A stretch of DNA of 49,097 nt, from contig NC_068990.1 in NCBI RefSeq assembly GCF_001194135.2, forward strand, positions 47,769,516 through 47,818,612, in the 5' to 3' direction. Numbering within the stretch: the stretch's first letter is position 1; each line of letters begins with the position of its first letter. A program made the position numbers and the translations under genes. The notes under the pieces were generated by a model. That model searched no databases. It was not told the DNA's origin and saw nothing but the letters and a program-made list of their open reading frames with translations. The stretch comes from Octopus bimaculoides. Its lineage: Eukaryota. Positions 23,545 to 36,914 of this stretch are shown one piece after another.

Positions 23545-26176
23545 CTTTAGAGGAACTAACCACAGTGTCTTAAATTTGGTATGTACTTTTCGAGTAAGAG
23601 TGGCACCCGCCATATTCCGGCAAGTGATGGACATAATGTTAAATGATTGTGACTTCACTATTGCTTATCTTGATGATATTTTGATAAAGAATGAGTCAAC
23701 GGAGCAACACTTTGAACATATTAAAAAAGTATTCAGAAAAATAAATGAATACGAGTTTAGACTAACAGGGGAAAAGTGTGAATGTTTGATGAAAAGAAAT
23801 CAAATATCTGGCTCAAGTAATTGACGAAATGGGATGAAGACCAGACCCATCAAGGGTGACATCAATACAGAATATGTCTCCCCCAATGAACGTCAAATTA
23901 CTACAAGCATCCTAAGGCTTGGTAAACTACTTTCAAGTATATATCCTGAACACACACAACACAAGGGCCCTACTAAACGAGCTGTTAAAAAAGGATGCAA
24001 AATGGTTTTGGTCAGAAAGATGCCAGAAGGCATTTGAAGAACTAAAAACCATGTTAACACCAAACTTGTTGCTTACACATTTCGATCCAAAGTTGGAAAT
24101 GATACTAGCAACAGATGTTAGTGAGTACAGGGTAGGTGCCGTACTCCTTCACAAATGTGAAGATGGCAGTATAAAGGCCTTAGCTCACACATCAAGGACA
24201 CTATTGCCATTGGAAAAAATTATAGCCAAAGTGAAAAAGAGGTATTGGCGGCTATATTTGGCATAAAAAATTCCACAGGTTTATATATGCTAGACAATTC
24301 AGACTATAAACAGACCATTGCCTGTTGCTAATGATTTATGGATTCAAGAAAGGAATCCCAGTACATACAGCAAACAGGTTGCAGCGATGGGGTACCATAC
24401 TACTAAACCACAACAATTCAGTGGAATGTTTACCTTCGAAAAAGCTAGGATTAATACCTAGAAATGATGAACCATTTGAAGACACAATAAAAGCAGCCCT
24501 AAGAACTGAAGGAGAAATTAAACACATAATGTGGAACATTGTATGAGAGTTACCAATAACTATAGAGGAGATAAAGCGACACACATCAAAAGACAAGTTC
24601 ATTAATGAAGCAAAAAAAACTGTGGTCAGTGAAAGAAAATAAAAAAAGTTTGGTAAAAAAAAAAGAGGTAAACATATATTCAACATTCAACGGCATACTG
24701 ATGTATGGCCAAAGAGTAGTGATACTTGAGACTCTACTAAAACGAATGTTGAAAGAATTCCATATTGGACATCCAGGGATCACAAGGATGAAAGCGCTTA
24801 TGTGCAGTTATGTGTATTGGCCGAAGATGGACAAGGAAGTTGAAAACGCAGTAAAAGGCTGCTGAGGATGTGTTCTGGCAGTGAAATTGCCTACTCAAAA
24901 ATGGGAGCCTTGGCCAGAAGTAAAAAGTCCATGGTCAAGACTACACATCGATTTTGCAGGCCCATTAAATGATTATTACTGCATAGTAGTAGTTGACAGC
25001 TTTACAAAATGGCTGTAAATTGTTAAATGCAAAAGACCAACCTCTGCAACAATAATAAATTTTTTACATGAATTATTCACAGAATTTGGCATCCCAGACG
25101 TGATTGTGTCTGATAATGGAACACAATTTGTGTCCAGTGAATTTAGAAAATTCTGCGAAATGTTCACTGTAGAACATAAAAGGATAGCACCTTACCATCC
25201 CAGATCAAATGGACAGGCAGAGCGTTTTGTGGACATTTTAAAAAGAGCTTTGAGAAAAGTAAACAAGGAAACCACAGACGAAGTTGCTCTGCAGCAATTC
25301 CTAAGGGTATACAGGGTGATACCGAACCGCAATACACCAGCAGGAAGCTCACCAGCTGAACTGATGTTTACAAGGAAGGTGAAATCAGTTTTTGATAAAC
25401 TGTTACCTGGCAAGGAAAGGAAAAGTATCAGGAAAGACAATCCAAAATTTTTAAAAATTAGTGATAAGGTGTACATGAGGTTGTATAAAAATGGATAACA
25501 ATACTGGGAAGAAGGAAAAATGACAAAATACATCGTAAAAATGACGAAGTATATTGGAAAAATGATGTACAGAATTAAAAGCAGAAAAGGTATTGAAAAA
25601 AGACACAGAAACCAATTGAAAAAGAGATTCATAGAAAATTAACCAGAGAGATTGGAAGAACCTATGGAATGGCTCTATGACACATTCCAGGTACTAACAC
25701 CATTACCGGTGGTTGAACCCATGCATACAAGTGGAAGAAACAGGAAGGACACAGAGTTCTTACAAATAGATGCCAAAAAGAAAAAATATGAAGTTGAAAA
25801 AAAGAATGCTAAAAAGAAAGGAGGGGTGAATAGAGTAAAATAAAAATTACTTGCTTCCCAAAGAAAAAAAACTAAAAGGGGAGATGTAGTGAAAATGGTA
25901 CATTCTTTCTCATGTGACAAAGTGATATGAAAGAGCGACTATAAAGTCAGACAGCCAGTACTAGTAAAGACATTGTACAAATTCTCTGTTGGAGTCAGTG
26001 TCAGTTACGTGATATATACCAGTTCGAGTTACCCTCAAGGTAGACGTTTCAAAGTCATTGTCTTGTGGAGCTATCAGCGATAGCACGATAGATAAGTCAA
26101 AGATAGTAAGATGCGGAATACTGCCACAACCTAATTGTGCTGACAACATACAAGTGGGTGAGAAATGTCCTTTACA
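23545..26176 (+). mobile_element. 5'-truncated Gypsy LTR retrotransposon (RT end, RNase H, integrase, PPT, 3' LTR)
   Basis: APAIFRQVMD..AYLDDILI, ILATDVSEYRVGAVL, LQRWGTILL, HIGHPGITRMKAL..YVYWP, LHIDFAGP and IVSDNGTQF..YHPRSNGQAERFV motifs. PPT aaaaggggaga at 25875-25884, LTR starts TGTAG at 25885. The LTR right end is approximate. Confidence 0.9.
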
Positions 26177-28043
26177 TTTTGAGCATATGCTTTTCCTCAA
26201 AAAAAAAAAAATAGATGAGGAAAGAAAAGAACAAATGTTTATTCTTTCTGCAGAAGAGTGTATGCTTGAAATGTAAAGGACTTCTCATTCGATTCTTCTT
26301 TGCCTTTTTTTATCTCATTTTTGTGTTTTTAAAAAATTTTTGCACCATATATAATATATGCTTATGTGGTCACCACAGTATGATCCTGCCTAGACTGACC
26401 TTCTTCCTCTCTTTGACCTGCTCCTCCCTTTTTGGACTATCTCAGCCTCCCAAAGTCTACTTTACCCCTGAACTCTACCCAGATTACCAGTGTATCTCTA
26501 CTTGGATTACCACCTTCCTGGATCTTGCTATGCAGTGTTGTTTATTTGTATATCTTTCTAGACTTCACTGTTGATTTTTTTTATCGATTTTAGTTATTTT
26601 CAGAATTATTTTCTGTATGTTTAGATGTATTTACAGTTGGAATTATGCATTAAGCTTATACGTATATGTATTTGTGATCTATTGGGTATATGAATGAGCA
26701 TATTTTGATTGTTATGTAATTATAACAATAATATTACACTTATATAATTATAGTATATAGACTATAATTATTTATTATATTGGATATGTATAGACTGTGT
26801 ATTCATATGTCTATTTATAAGTAGAAAATATATCTATTTGATTTCTTTTCTTAATAGTACTTTGTGAAGAATGTGAATTTTACTATTTTTGTGTTTTTCA
26901 ATTGAAAGGTCAATTGTTTTTCTGTTTGTGATTGGATTGTTTTTTGTAAGTCTTTTCTTTTTTATAGTATAAGAGAGGTAGAGCAGTGTCAATGAACTTT
27001 TCCACAACTTCTGAAGCTGGTAGGGGAAAGGGAAGAAGAAACCTCAGAATGGGTCATTCTCAGTTTGGTGACCTGGGTTGAACATTTGTAAAAGAGTAAA
27101 CTTCACAAAAGATATCCAATGATGTTGTAGTGGTGTTAATCCAGAAGACATTTTTAGTCTACTACCCAAGAACATGCACTGTTCACTCCACAAATTTCTA
27201 CCCAATGTCTATCTACCTAATTTCATTCACAGCATTTGGCTCAGCCTGAGATTACAGTAGAAGACATTTGCTCAAGTTACTGTACAGTGTAATCAAATTC
27301 AGGACCACATGATTATAAATTGAACTTCTTAACCATTCGACCATGGCTGCTCTACTGATTCTACCACTTAACACAAACTAATGTAAGGACTGACTTTATT
27401 GCCAATCTATAAATGTGTTATAATTGGGATAATGTTAAAATCCAGTCTTCAAGAAACACTCTAGTGTTATTCTACACATACACATTCTGAGAACTGGTAT
27501 TATTGTTTGTCTATAGATCTGTGATAATTGGCATCATCCGATGATCCAGTCTTTAATGATACATTAGTGTTACTCACAATGTATTCTTCATATTCTGATA
27601 TAACTGCTATTAAATGCCATTAAAAGAAAGCCTTCAGGCATAATTAATGGATGTTATTACTTGTTATACAACACAAACAAATCCAAACTATTCCTGGACT
27701 ATTCTCTACGAATATTGTAGAATACCCTAGTGTATTCCCTGGAAGCACTAATACCAATTCCCTCTTTCTGTAAATAATTACTATAAATTATTTAGCTGCT
27801 ACATTGTGTAGAATTTAGTAGAATTAGTTCCTTCTTTGTCTCATACTTCCTGGTGTATGGTCTGGTACTAAGTTTCATAAACTTTGAATGTAATGAAATT
27901 GTAATTCTGTTTCTCTTCACTCTTTTTATTTTGTCTGTGATAACTAACCAGAAGAAAGAATGTTATTGGGGTGTGTGAAATTAAACTAAATTGGTTCTTT
28001 ATGTTTGTAACTGGGACGTTGGTGAGAAAGAAAGTTTACTTAC

Positions 28044-28212
28044 AACATAAAGAACAAAAAGATGAAATAGATGATGGCTAGCACAAGACAGAGAAGGTGC
28101 CACTCCCGAGTACAGTAAGCAATGCCTATAACAACTAATTCTCCAACAGAAAACATCACTTGACTGTATAGACTAACATAAGGTAGGTAATCGCTTGGTA
28201 CAATTTCCAGTG
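28044..28212 (-). CDS. SLC22-family transporter exon (TM5-TM6), 169 bp
   Basis: Acceptor ttttttaattttatAG, donor GTaagt. (S)LEIVPSDYLPYVSLYSQVMFSVGELVVIGIAYCTREWHLLCLVLAIIYFIFLFFM(F) contains the Y-x2-R-x-W-x2-L pattern. Phases match on both sides. Confidence 0.92.
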
Positions 28213-29219
28213 CTATAAAATTAAAAAAGAAAAGAAGAAAGAGAAAAGATATATATGCATATGATACTATTTCTACATCTTCAAAAGAGTATTTAAAAGC
28301 CAATGTATTAAAAACCAAGAAACCTGAATCCCACAATCATATATACTGTCTCAAGAACTCAACTTGCCAATGACATAGTTTTTTTGTTATTTTTTAAATG
28401 AAAAGACAGTCAGCTGAAATGCTTTTAGATATTGGGAGTTGCATGTAGACTTTACCTTATTTAGAATTGTTCAGTCAGTGATAGAATTAAAATGTCATTT
28501 TTTTAAAGCATGCATCAAAACACTCCAGTTCTATAGCAGTAAGGTCTGCACAACAATTGAAGAGTTAAATGCTCTATAATGTCTGTATAAAGAAGTGCCA
28601 ATATTTGGAAGGTTTGACAGGATCCAATGAACCAGAGAACTGTCAAGCACCAAAGTCTCTTTTGGCATGGTTTCTATGGCTAGCCGTCCTTCCTAATGTT
28701 AACTGCTTTACTGAATGTACTTAGTGCTTTTTGCTGTGGTACCAACATTAGTTGCAAGACAAAGTAAAAGATCCTTTGACTGAGTGTGGTTGTATTAAAG
28801 AGGGAGACCCAGTAAAACATGGGATGAAGTAGTGAAGGCTGATCTTAAGATGTTGAACTTCACAGAAGAGATGACAAAGGACCTTTCACACTCCAATGAA
28901 CCCATCTTCCCAATTCTCTCTTATACCCACCTTGTATCTTGGGACTATGATCTCACCACCACCACCCAGGTTAATGGGGGATCTAACAATGTGCAATCTT
29001 AGTATTAGTGATGCTGCTGACTGGTGAAAGTAGATTGATCAGAGTTGAGTGTATAACATATTTTATATTGAGATCTCCCCATTACAGAATTGGAAGGGAA
29101 TTTGAAGAAGAGGTGTATTACAAGAGGATACCATATAAGTATTGGACTAAAATTCTTCATGTATGTATGAATGCGTGTGTGCATATCATCATCCTTTAAT
29201 GTCCATTTTCTATGCTGGC

Positions 29220-29257
<38 letters not shown>

Positions 29258-29534
29258 CATACACACGCATAATTTAGTTTTTTGGAATTAATAGATATGC
29301 GGGTATCTTATTTCAGATAATACAAAAAAATTACAACCTAATGAGTATATCTGAAAGTAAACTCATGGTATCCATTTGTACATCACGAAATAATACTTTA
29401 AAGGATATAACCAGTATATCAGCAGGGTATGTAATATACTTTCTTAATTGTCTCCTACTTAAGCTAACAATTAAATTTAAATTTATTAATTATGACAGAA
29501 CTACACCTGTTTCAGTATTGGAAGATTACAATAC

Positions 29535-29659
<125 letters not shown>

Positions 29660-31393
29660 TGTATACATATATATATACATATATAAATATATATATATGC
29701 AATCATCAGATTTACAATTATTCCAACACATCATCAGGTTCTTTTTCAAAGTATTGTTAATCTAATTTTACATCCCTTTAAAAAAGAAGCGCTAAATTAA
29801 GCAATAAACTAAACATTAAAAATTAAAAATAAAAATTATACTTTGTAATATTAAGAATTAAAACTTATAAATTATACATTATAGATATGAATTAGTATAT
29901 ATATCAACCTTATAAAGTCAGGTATATAATGTCAAATACAAAATATATGATATAAAATTATACATCAGAATAAAAATGTCTGTGTTTAAATGTGAAATAT
30001 AACAAGAAAAATGCAAATACATATCTTCCTTTTTGTTGGAAGTAAGATTTCTTTTCAAAATGGCGATTATATCTTCAATTTACTTATGTTAGGAGATATA
30101 TACAATTTGTTATTATATAATTTTAGTAATATCTAATTCATTTATTTATTTAAATTATTTATTTATATAATCTATTCAAGTGCTGTAGAAATAAAAGTGT
30201 GTGGTTATTTGATTTAGTGGTGGTGGGGGGAGTAGGTTCAGTATTTCATTTTATTGAAGGTAAAATTACTTCAGTGCCTACATTTATCTCCACATTCATC
30301 ATATGTGTTTAATAATCTATCTCTAGACTTGTAGCAGTTTCATAAATTCTGTTATGCATAATAAACACATTTTATTCCCAATATTATAGGAGTGGGTTCT
30401 ACCTATTATACTCCAATTGAGGATGTACTCTCTTTTTCTAGATTTTAATTCCCATATATATATTTACTTAAGCCTGTGGACTTACTTAAATTAGGATTTT
30501 TGAAGGTCTGGTAGTGTTGGGATATCCTTTTTTAAATTTAATTATAAAAACAGAATATCCAAACACTACCAGACCTTCAAAAATCCTAATTTAAGTAAGT
30601 CCACAGGCTTAAGTAAATATATATATATGAGAATTAAAATCTAGAAAAAGAGAGTACACCCCTAATTGGAGTATAATAGGTAGAGCCCACTCCTATAATA
30701 TTGGGAAGCTGCTACAGCCTAGAGATAAATAATTAAACACATATGATGAATGTAGAGATAAATGTAGGCACCGAAGTAATTTTACCTTCAATAAAATGAA
30801 ATTCCGAGCCTACCAGCCCCCACTGAATCAAATAACCACACACTTTTATTTCTACAGCACTTGAATAGATTATATAAATAATTTAAATGAATGAATAAAT
30901 GAATTAGGTATTACTAGAATTATACAACAAATTATATATATCTCCCAACATAAGTAAATCGAAGATAATAATAGAGGATAATTTAAATTAAACCAAGCAT
31001 AGTGTAATTACCCCCATTGGTACTAATCACCTATAAATTCCCATAGTTCCCTGCTATCTTCTTCCTCTAATCACCATTTTGAAAAGAAAACCAACAAAAA
31101 GGAATATATGAATTTGCATTTTTCTTGTTATATTTCATATTTAAACACAGACACTTTTATTCTGATGAATATATATGTATAATTTTATATATGATGTATA
31201 ATTTTATATATGTATATATATATGTATATATAATTTTATATATGTATATATATATGTATATATAATTTTATATGATGTATAATTTTATATATGACATAAA
31301 ATTATATCATATATTTTGTTAAATTCAAATTACGACAAACGTAAATAAACAAGCGAAGCTTGCTTTCAGAAGTGTTGAGATATCTTTTTTTTA

Positions 31394-31704
31394 GAAAGTT
31401 AAAGAAGTGATTTTAAATTCTCAATCGCAGAATAATGCTAATAATATAGCCTGAACAGGATAAACTATCCCTATTTTGCAGAGAAAAGTGTAGGTGGCTA
31501 GCTGTGGACTCGAACTCACATCCCCGTCATTACATGTGACGATGCTTTGAAAGCATCGTCACATGTAATGACGGGGATGTGAGTTCGAGTCCACAGCTAG
31601 CCACCTACACTTTTCTCTGCAAAATAGGGATAGTTTATCCTGTTCAGGCTATATTATTAGCATTATTCTGCGATTGAGAATTTAAAATCACTTCTTTAAC
31701 TTTC
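31394..31704. repeat. Perfect 311-bp palindrome (155-bp arms, 1-nt centre at 31549) with tRNA-like fold
   Basis: Arms match base for base by eye. Contains cgtca-catgtaa-tgacg and GTTCGAGTCC. Confidence 0.93.
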
Positions 31705-32400
31705 ATATATTTTGTATTTGACATTATATACCTGACTTATATAAGTATACTTGACTATATAAGTGTTAACTTAAGAAGGAGATAATTAAGGAAGTATATT
31801 ACATACCCTGCTGATATACTGATTATATCCTTTAAAATATCATTTCATGATGTGCAAATGGGTACCATGAGTTTACTTTCAGATATACTCATTAGGTTAT
31901 AATTTTTTTGTATTATCTAAAATAGAATACCTGCATATCAATTGATCCCTACAAAATTGAATTATTATCGATTTTTATTAGATACTTTGTATATTTCTAG
32001 ATAAATATATAAATATATGATAAAGAAGACCCCAAGGTACGATATGCAGATGCATGTAATGCTGAAGGGTTGTACCTGATTGATTTGGAAATTTGTTTTC
32101 CCAAATTATTTAAATATATATACACATACATATACACACATACGCATACACTTGCACACAAAGTTACCTACACAATCACACGTGTGCACACAAGCTCATA
32201 TGTTCACAAGCCCCACTGATTCCATACCCAGATGCACTGTTGACACCAATTTCCTGTCCAACCATGTGGCCAAAGAAACTGCTGACACTTAATAAGAGAT
32301 ACTATCCATTGTGACATCACATGACTCCCCTTGACCAATTACAGCCCATTTACTGGCAGCCATCTTGGACTTCCTGTACTTCTCCATTCATTTGGATTCT

Positions 32401-32455
32401 CATCAGCCTGAGGAGATAGGGTCCATGAGGGGCTATGAAACTTGAAGTAGTATGA
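32401..32455 (+). ncRNA. Degenerate type I hammerhead-like motif
   Basis: CTGAGGA-g-atag...ctat-GAAAC-ttgaa-GTA. Stem III is ACTT-G-AAGT. Stem I is weak. Confidence 0.45.
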
Positions 32456-32513
32456 AATCTGAAACCGTTTTGAATGTGTGTGTGTGTGTTTCTGTTGTAT
32501 GTGTATATATATA

Positions 32514-32580
<67 letters not shown>

Positions 32581-34289
32581 GCACAAATATTATATATATA
32601 TAACTATACACACACAAATATTATATATATGTATATATATGACAATAGCTCAGATATAAGGACTAGTGGAAGAGTAACCTCTCAATAGTTAGCCCTGTTC
32701 CCTATCATTGCTATCCAGTACCTCCCCCACCTATATACCCACATTTTCACCACTCACTACATTCCCCTTCCCCACTCTCTACTCAGGCTTCTTTAGCAAT
32801 GCCCTGCCACTTGTATTATGACTGCCATACCTCAAGGGTATGCCCTGGCACTTGCCACCCTCTCTCTCTCCTCCTGCTCTTCCCTCAGGTTGGGTAACTA
32901 TGTATCTCCTTTACAGTAGCATACCTGTTTCTGTCCTCATTTTCTCTCTCTCGCTCTCTATCTCCATTCACTCTGCTTAGTGGTTGGTGTTAGGAAGGGC
33001 ATCCAGCCATAAAAACCCTGCCAAAACAGACATAAAAGTCTGGTGTTGGCTCCTGTCAAACTGTCAAACCTATACCAGCATGGAAAGAGGACATTAAACG
33101 ATGATGATTATGAGGAGTTAACCTCAGCAGTAACTTTACATTCTGAACTCAGAATGCAAAGAGTTGGAAAAAATATAGCAAACCATTTTTCCAACGTTTT
33201 TATAGGTCGGCCAACTCACTGAAGTTCGGTTACCTTTGATGAGTGCTGGGTTACATAATCAAATTGTTACCTAACATTTTGTTGAACCAATTGGTAAGAT
33301 CAGCCATAATGGATATATAATACTGTACACTTCAGATAACATAAGACATTCAGAAAAAACGGAGAATTGTACGGCTATACATTCTTTTTCATTAGTCTTT
33401 TATGAAATATATTCTCTTTAAACCTCTGTCTGACATATGTTTCTGCTGCATAGATATCCTAGGATATTGTGTCTATTTGCATCCTTTTGGTTCAGTTGTA
33501 TAACGATTTCATGCCGGTTAAATGTATCCATGCAGCTTTATTCAAAGTGTTGCCACTACTAGAGTTTGAAGTGAACAGAAATGTAATGATTTTGGCAGTC
33601 TTATATTTTGTATAATTTAAGTGGTGGATATTGTATCAGAGTGTTCAGGGATCTGCCCAAATTTTAAATCCTTTCCTCCATTCTACCACTTCCTTTTCTT
33701 CCAACCACCACCTTTTGTTCTTATTCTGATTCTTTTCTAACATGTAATGAAGTTGTGACTTCACAACATATGCATGATGTGTATATATATGTGTGTGCAT
33801 TGTTACCTATATATATATTAGTATATATATTCATATTTTGCCTGTGTATGTTTGTAGATATGTATTTATGCATAGATTAGCGTTTGTATGTTTAGTGTAC
33901 ATATGTTTATGTTTTTTAGTGTGTATATGTATGTGTGTTTATTTTTATGTAAATTGTATATTTTGTACATACAAACTTTCTTTTCTTCCATTCTCAATCT
34001 AAAGTTCCTGACAAATGGGAACATGAAACAAGTCATAGTATTTTGTGATATTTTCGTGATGTTTTTGCAGCTTTAATAATAATGAAGCATATTACGCTAC
34101 CTCCGGTATTTGAGTTCTATTTTTTCCCCACCTTGTTTCACATTCATATGCTTACTTTGGTATATATATATATNNNNNNNNNNNNNNNNNNNNNNNNNNN
34201 NNNNNNNNNNNNNNNNNNNNNNNNNNNNNNNNNNNNNNNNNNNNNNNNNNNNNNNNNNNNNNNNNNNNNNNNNGTGTGTGTATATGTTT

Positions 34290-34490
34290 GTGTGTCTGTG
34301 TTTGTCCACCCCAACATCGCTTGCCAACCGATGCTGGTGTGTTTACATCCCTGTAACCTAGCGGTTTGACAAAAGAGACCGATGGAATAAGTACTAGGCT
34401 TCCAAAGAATAAGTCCTGGGGTCGATTTGCTCGACTAAAAGGTGGTGCTCCAGGATGGCCACAGTCAAATGACTGAAACAAGTAAAAGAG
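34290..34490 (+). mobile_element. SINE 3' body
   Basis: aataagtactaggc...aataagtcctggggtcgatttgctcgactaaaaggtggtgctccaggatggccacagtc...gactgaaacaagtaaaaga, a common repeat type in this genome. Confidence 0.65.
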
Positions 34491-34689
34491 TATAAGTTTA
34501 AAGGAATATATTATCTAGGCAGATACTGTAGTAGCTTTCAATTGTGTTCCAGGTTACAGCTAACCATATCGATTAGTATTTAACATCTATGACTACTAGG
34601 AGTTGCCAATAACACTGTAAATTCCTCCAATGGATGTTCATTTTGCTGGATGGTAATATTATCTGGAGTGTATATTAGCAATAATTATA

Positions 34690-35195
34690 ATGATAGAGAA
34701 TATGGAGACTGGGACATTCTCAAAATTTATTTCCTTTTATTTTACAATGTCATACAGTATATTTTTATGGTTATGATGACTTACATATGTTTCCACTGTA
34801 CAGAGTATGTACAGCCGGGCTTAATTTTCTGTGCAGCTTTGTTCAGGGTCTTTCAATCAACTTGGCTTGAAGTAAACTGAATTCAGTAAGTTTGTAAACT
34901 AGTTGACAAACAGAACAGATTTCAGATTGAAAACAACCTCCCCTCACTTCCTCCTGAATCCTAATCAATAAAGAACTGAATTCAGTTCACTTCAAGTCAA
35001 GCTGATTGAAAGACCCTAAATGAAGCTGTACAGAAAATTATGCCCAGTTGCATAAGCAGCTGCACATTCTGTGTGCAGGGGAAACATGTGTAGGTCATCA
35101 TAACCATGAAAATATGCTGTATGACATTGTAAAGTAAAAGGAAATGAATTTTGAGGATGTACCAGTCTCCATGTTCTCTATCGTTATAACTACTG
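34690..35195. mobile_element. Inverted-repeat element with about 200-bp arms
   Basis: 34690-34886 is the reverse complement of 34975-35190 (agagaatatggagactgg...cttgaagtaaactgaattcag versus ctgaattcagttcacttcaag...ccagtctccatgttctct). Confidence 0.7.
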
Positions 35196-35421
35196 CTTAA
35201 ATACCTTCTTTATCTATTTATCTATCAATAATATATATATATATANNNNNNNNNNNNNNNNNNNNNNNNNNNNNNNNNNNNNNNNNNNNNNNNNNNNTAT
35301 ATGTTTGTGTGTGTTTGGATATATAATTAGATTTTGGAACAGTAACTCTCAAAGTAGACAAAGCTATAAACAAGGGAATGTAAATATTGGCTGAAAAACC
35401 TTTTGGATAGAAAAACCAACA

Positions 35422-35455
<34 letters not shown>

Positions 35456-36138
35456 CCTTGTACTGATGTGTGAAAGTTGCAAATGAGTGTCATTATAAGC
35501 CATATCATTCAATTCCAAAATTCTGCAAATATATGTCAGACAATAGGGAAATATTAACTTGTTTGGAAACAAGTGAGGGCTGGCAACAGGTTGGGCATCC
35601 AACCATAGAAAATCTGCCTCAATATATTTTGTTTGACCTATGTAATCATGGAAAAGTGGATGTTAAAATATTTTTGATGATGATGATAGGCACTCATTTG
35701 GTGCAATTTAAATTTAAACTGCATGACACTGCATCACCAGGTTTTAGAACTCTGTGTGCATTTTGATACATCAAATGACAAATCTGTGAAGAGAAATTGT
35801 ATTATTGTTCAAGTTCTCTTTTACTAGTTTCCTTAGCCAGAAAGTGCATACAGAAAAAAAAATCAAAACAGAGGAGTTTGTTCATAAATTATTACGCTAC
35901 ATTGTCTTATGCATATATTGTTAATTATATCGGTTGTATGAAAAAAAATCTTATAAGCAGATTATCTTACCAAATCTTCAGAGATTGTGTAACACAGGTA
36001 AATAAACTTTAAGATTTATAATTGATATTGGATAGTGTTGTGATACCAATGACCATAACTGCTAAGTTAAATGAGTCAAAAAATTTACTTGCATATGTAT
36101 GTATATATTAATAAAAAAATCTGTATAAAAGATCTGTT

Positions 36139-36368
36139 CAGCTGATCTTACCAATCACTTTTGCACTAGATATTAGATAACCAGATATTAGATAACAGGA
36201 TGGATAACTAACACCATGTGCTCTTCAGAGATGGCAGGTTATAAAAGAGGGCAGTCACCATATTTTTTTCCATATCTGCCATCTCTGAAGAACATGTGGT
36301 GTTAGTTAACCATCTTGTTATATCCAGTTATCAATACTCAGTACAAAACAGATTGGTAAGATCAGCTG
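36139..36368. mobile_element. Fold-back with decayed hammerhead cores on both arms
   Basis: Arms 36139-36237 and 36276-36368. atct-CTGAAGA-gcac...gtgc-(g>a)AAA...GTA-agat. Confidence 0.6.
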
Positions 36369-36914
36369 TAATGGATCAATAATACTGCATACTGTATTTA
36401 ATATACCCACTCTATTGTCGAATGTATGAGAGCATATTTTTTCTGATTTGTGGAATTTTAGACAACTACATAAGCATATCAATATCTATGTAAGTGTGTG
36501 TGTGTGTGTGTACACAACATCATCACTATCATTATTCATCATCATCATTTAATGCCCTCCTTCCAAGCTGACAGGCTACCATGGTTTTTACAGCTGAGTG
36601 CCCTTCTAACATCAACCACTTGACAGAGTATATTGGCTGCTTTTCATGTGGCACCAACAGCAGTGAGGTTACTAAGTTACTAGTAAGACAAGTCCCCCTC
36701 ACTTGAATGGGGAGCAGTATTGAGGGAGTTAGTTTTGTGCCAGGGTGATGGGAGGTTAGAATATGAATAAAGGGTCAAAAGTAGGTATCTTGCAGTAAAG
36801 GAGAGACATTGCTACCTCAGTTGGTGAGAAACAGAGACAGAGAGGAGAGAAAAGAACAAAGGAGAAAGAGGGAGAAGAGAGACAGAAGAAGGTGAAGATG
36901 TGATTAGGTATCCA

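Noticed and set aside
18146-26176. Two Gypsy pieces look complementary (gag to RT start, and RT end to LTR), as if one element were split by an inversion
   Set aside because: The LTR sequences differ, and the first element is complete with its own TSD.
31549-31605. Functional tRNA-Thr(TGT) gene
   Set aside because: Acceptor and D arms are missing, A33 replaces U33, and the T stem is broken; treated as a SINE-like head.
34575-34665. Minus-strand FTVLLATPSSHRC* resembling the SLC22 TP-x-HRC motif
   Set aside because: Followed at once by a stop and lies downstream of the exon that already supplies the C.
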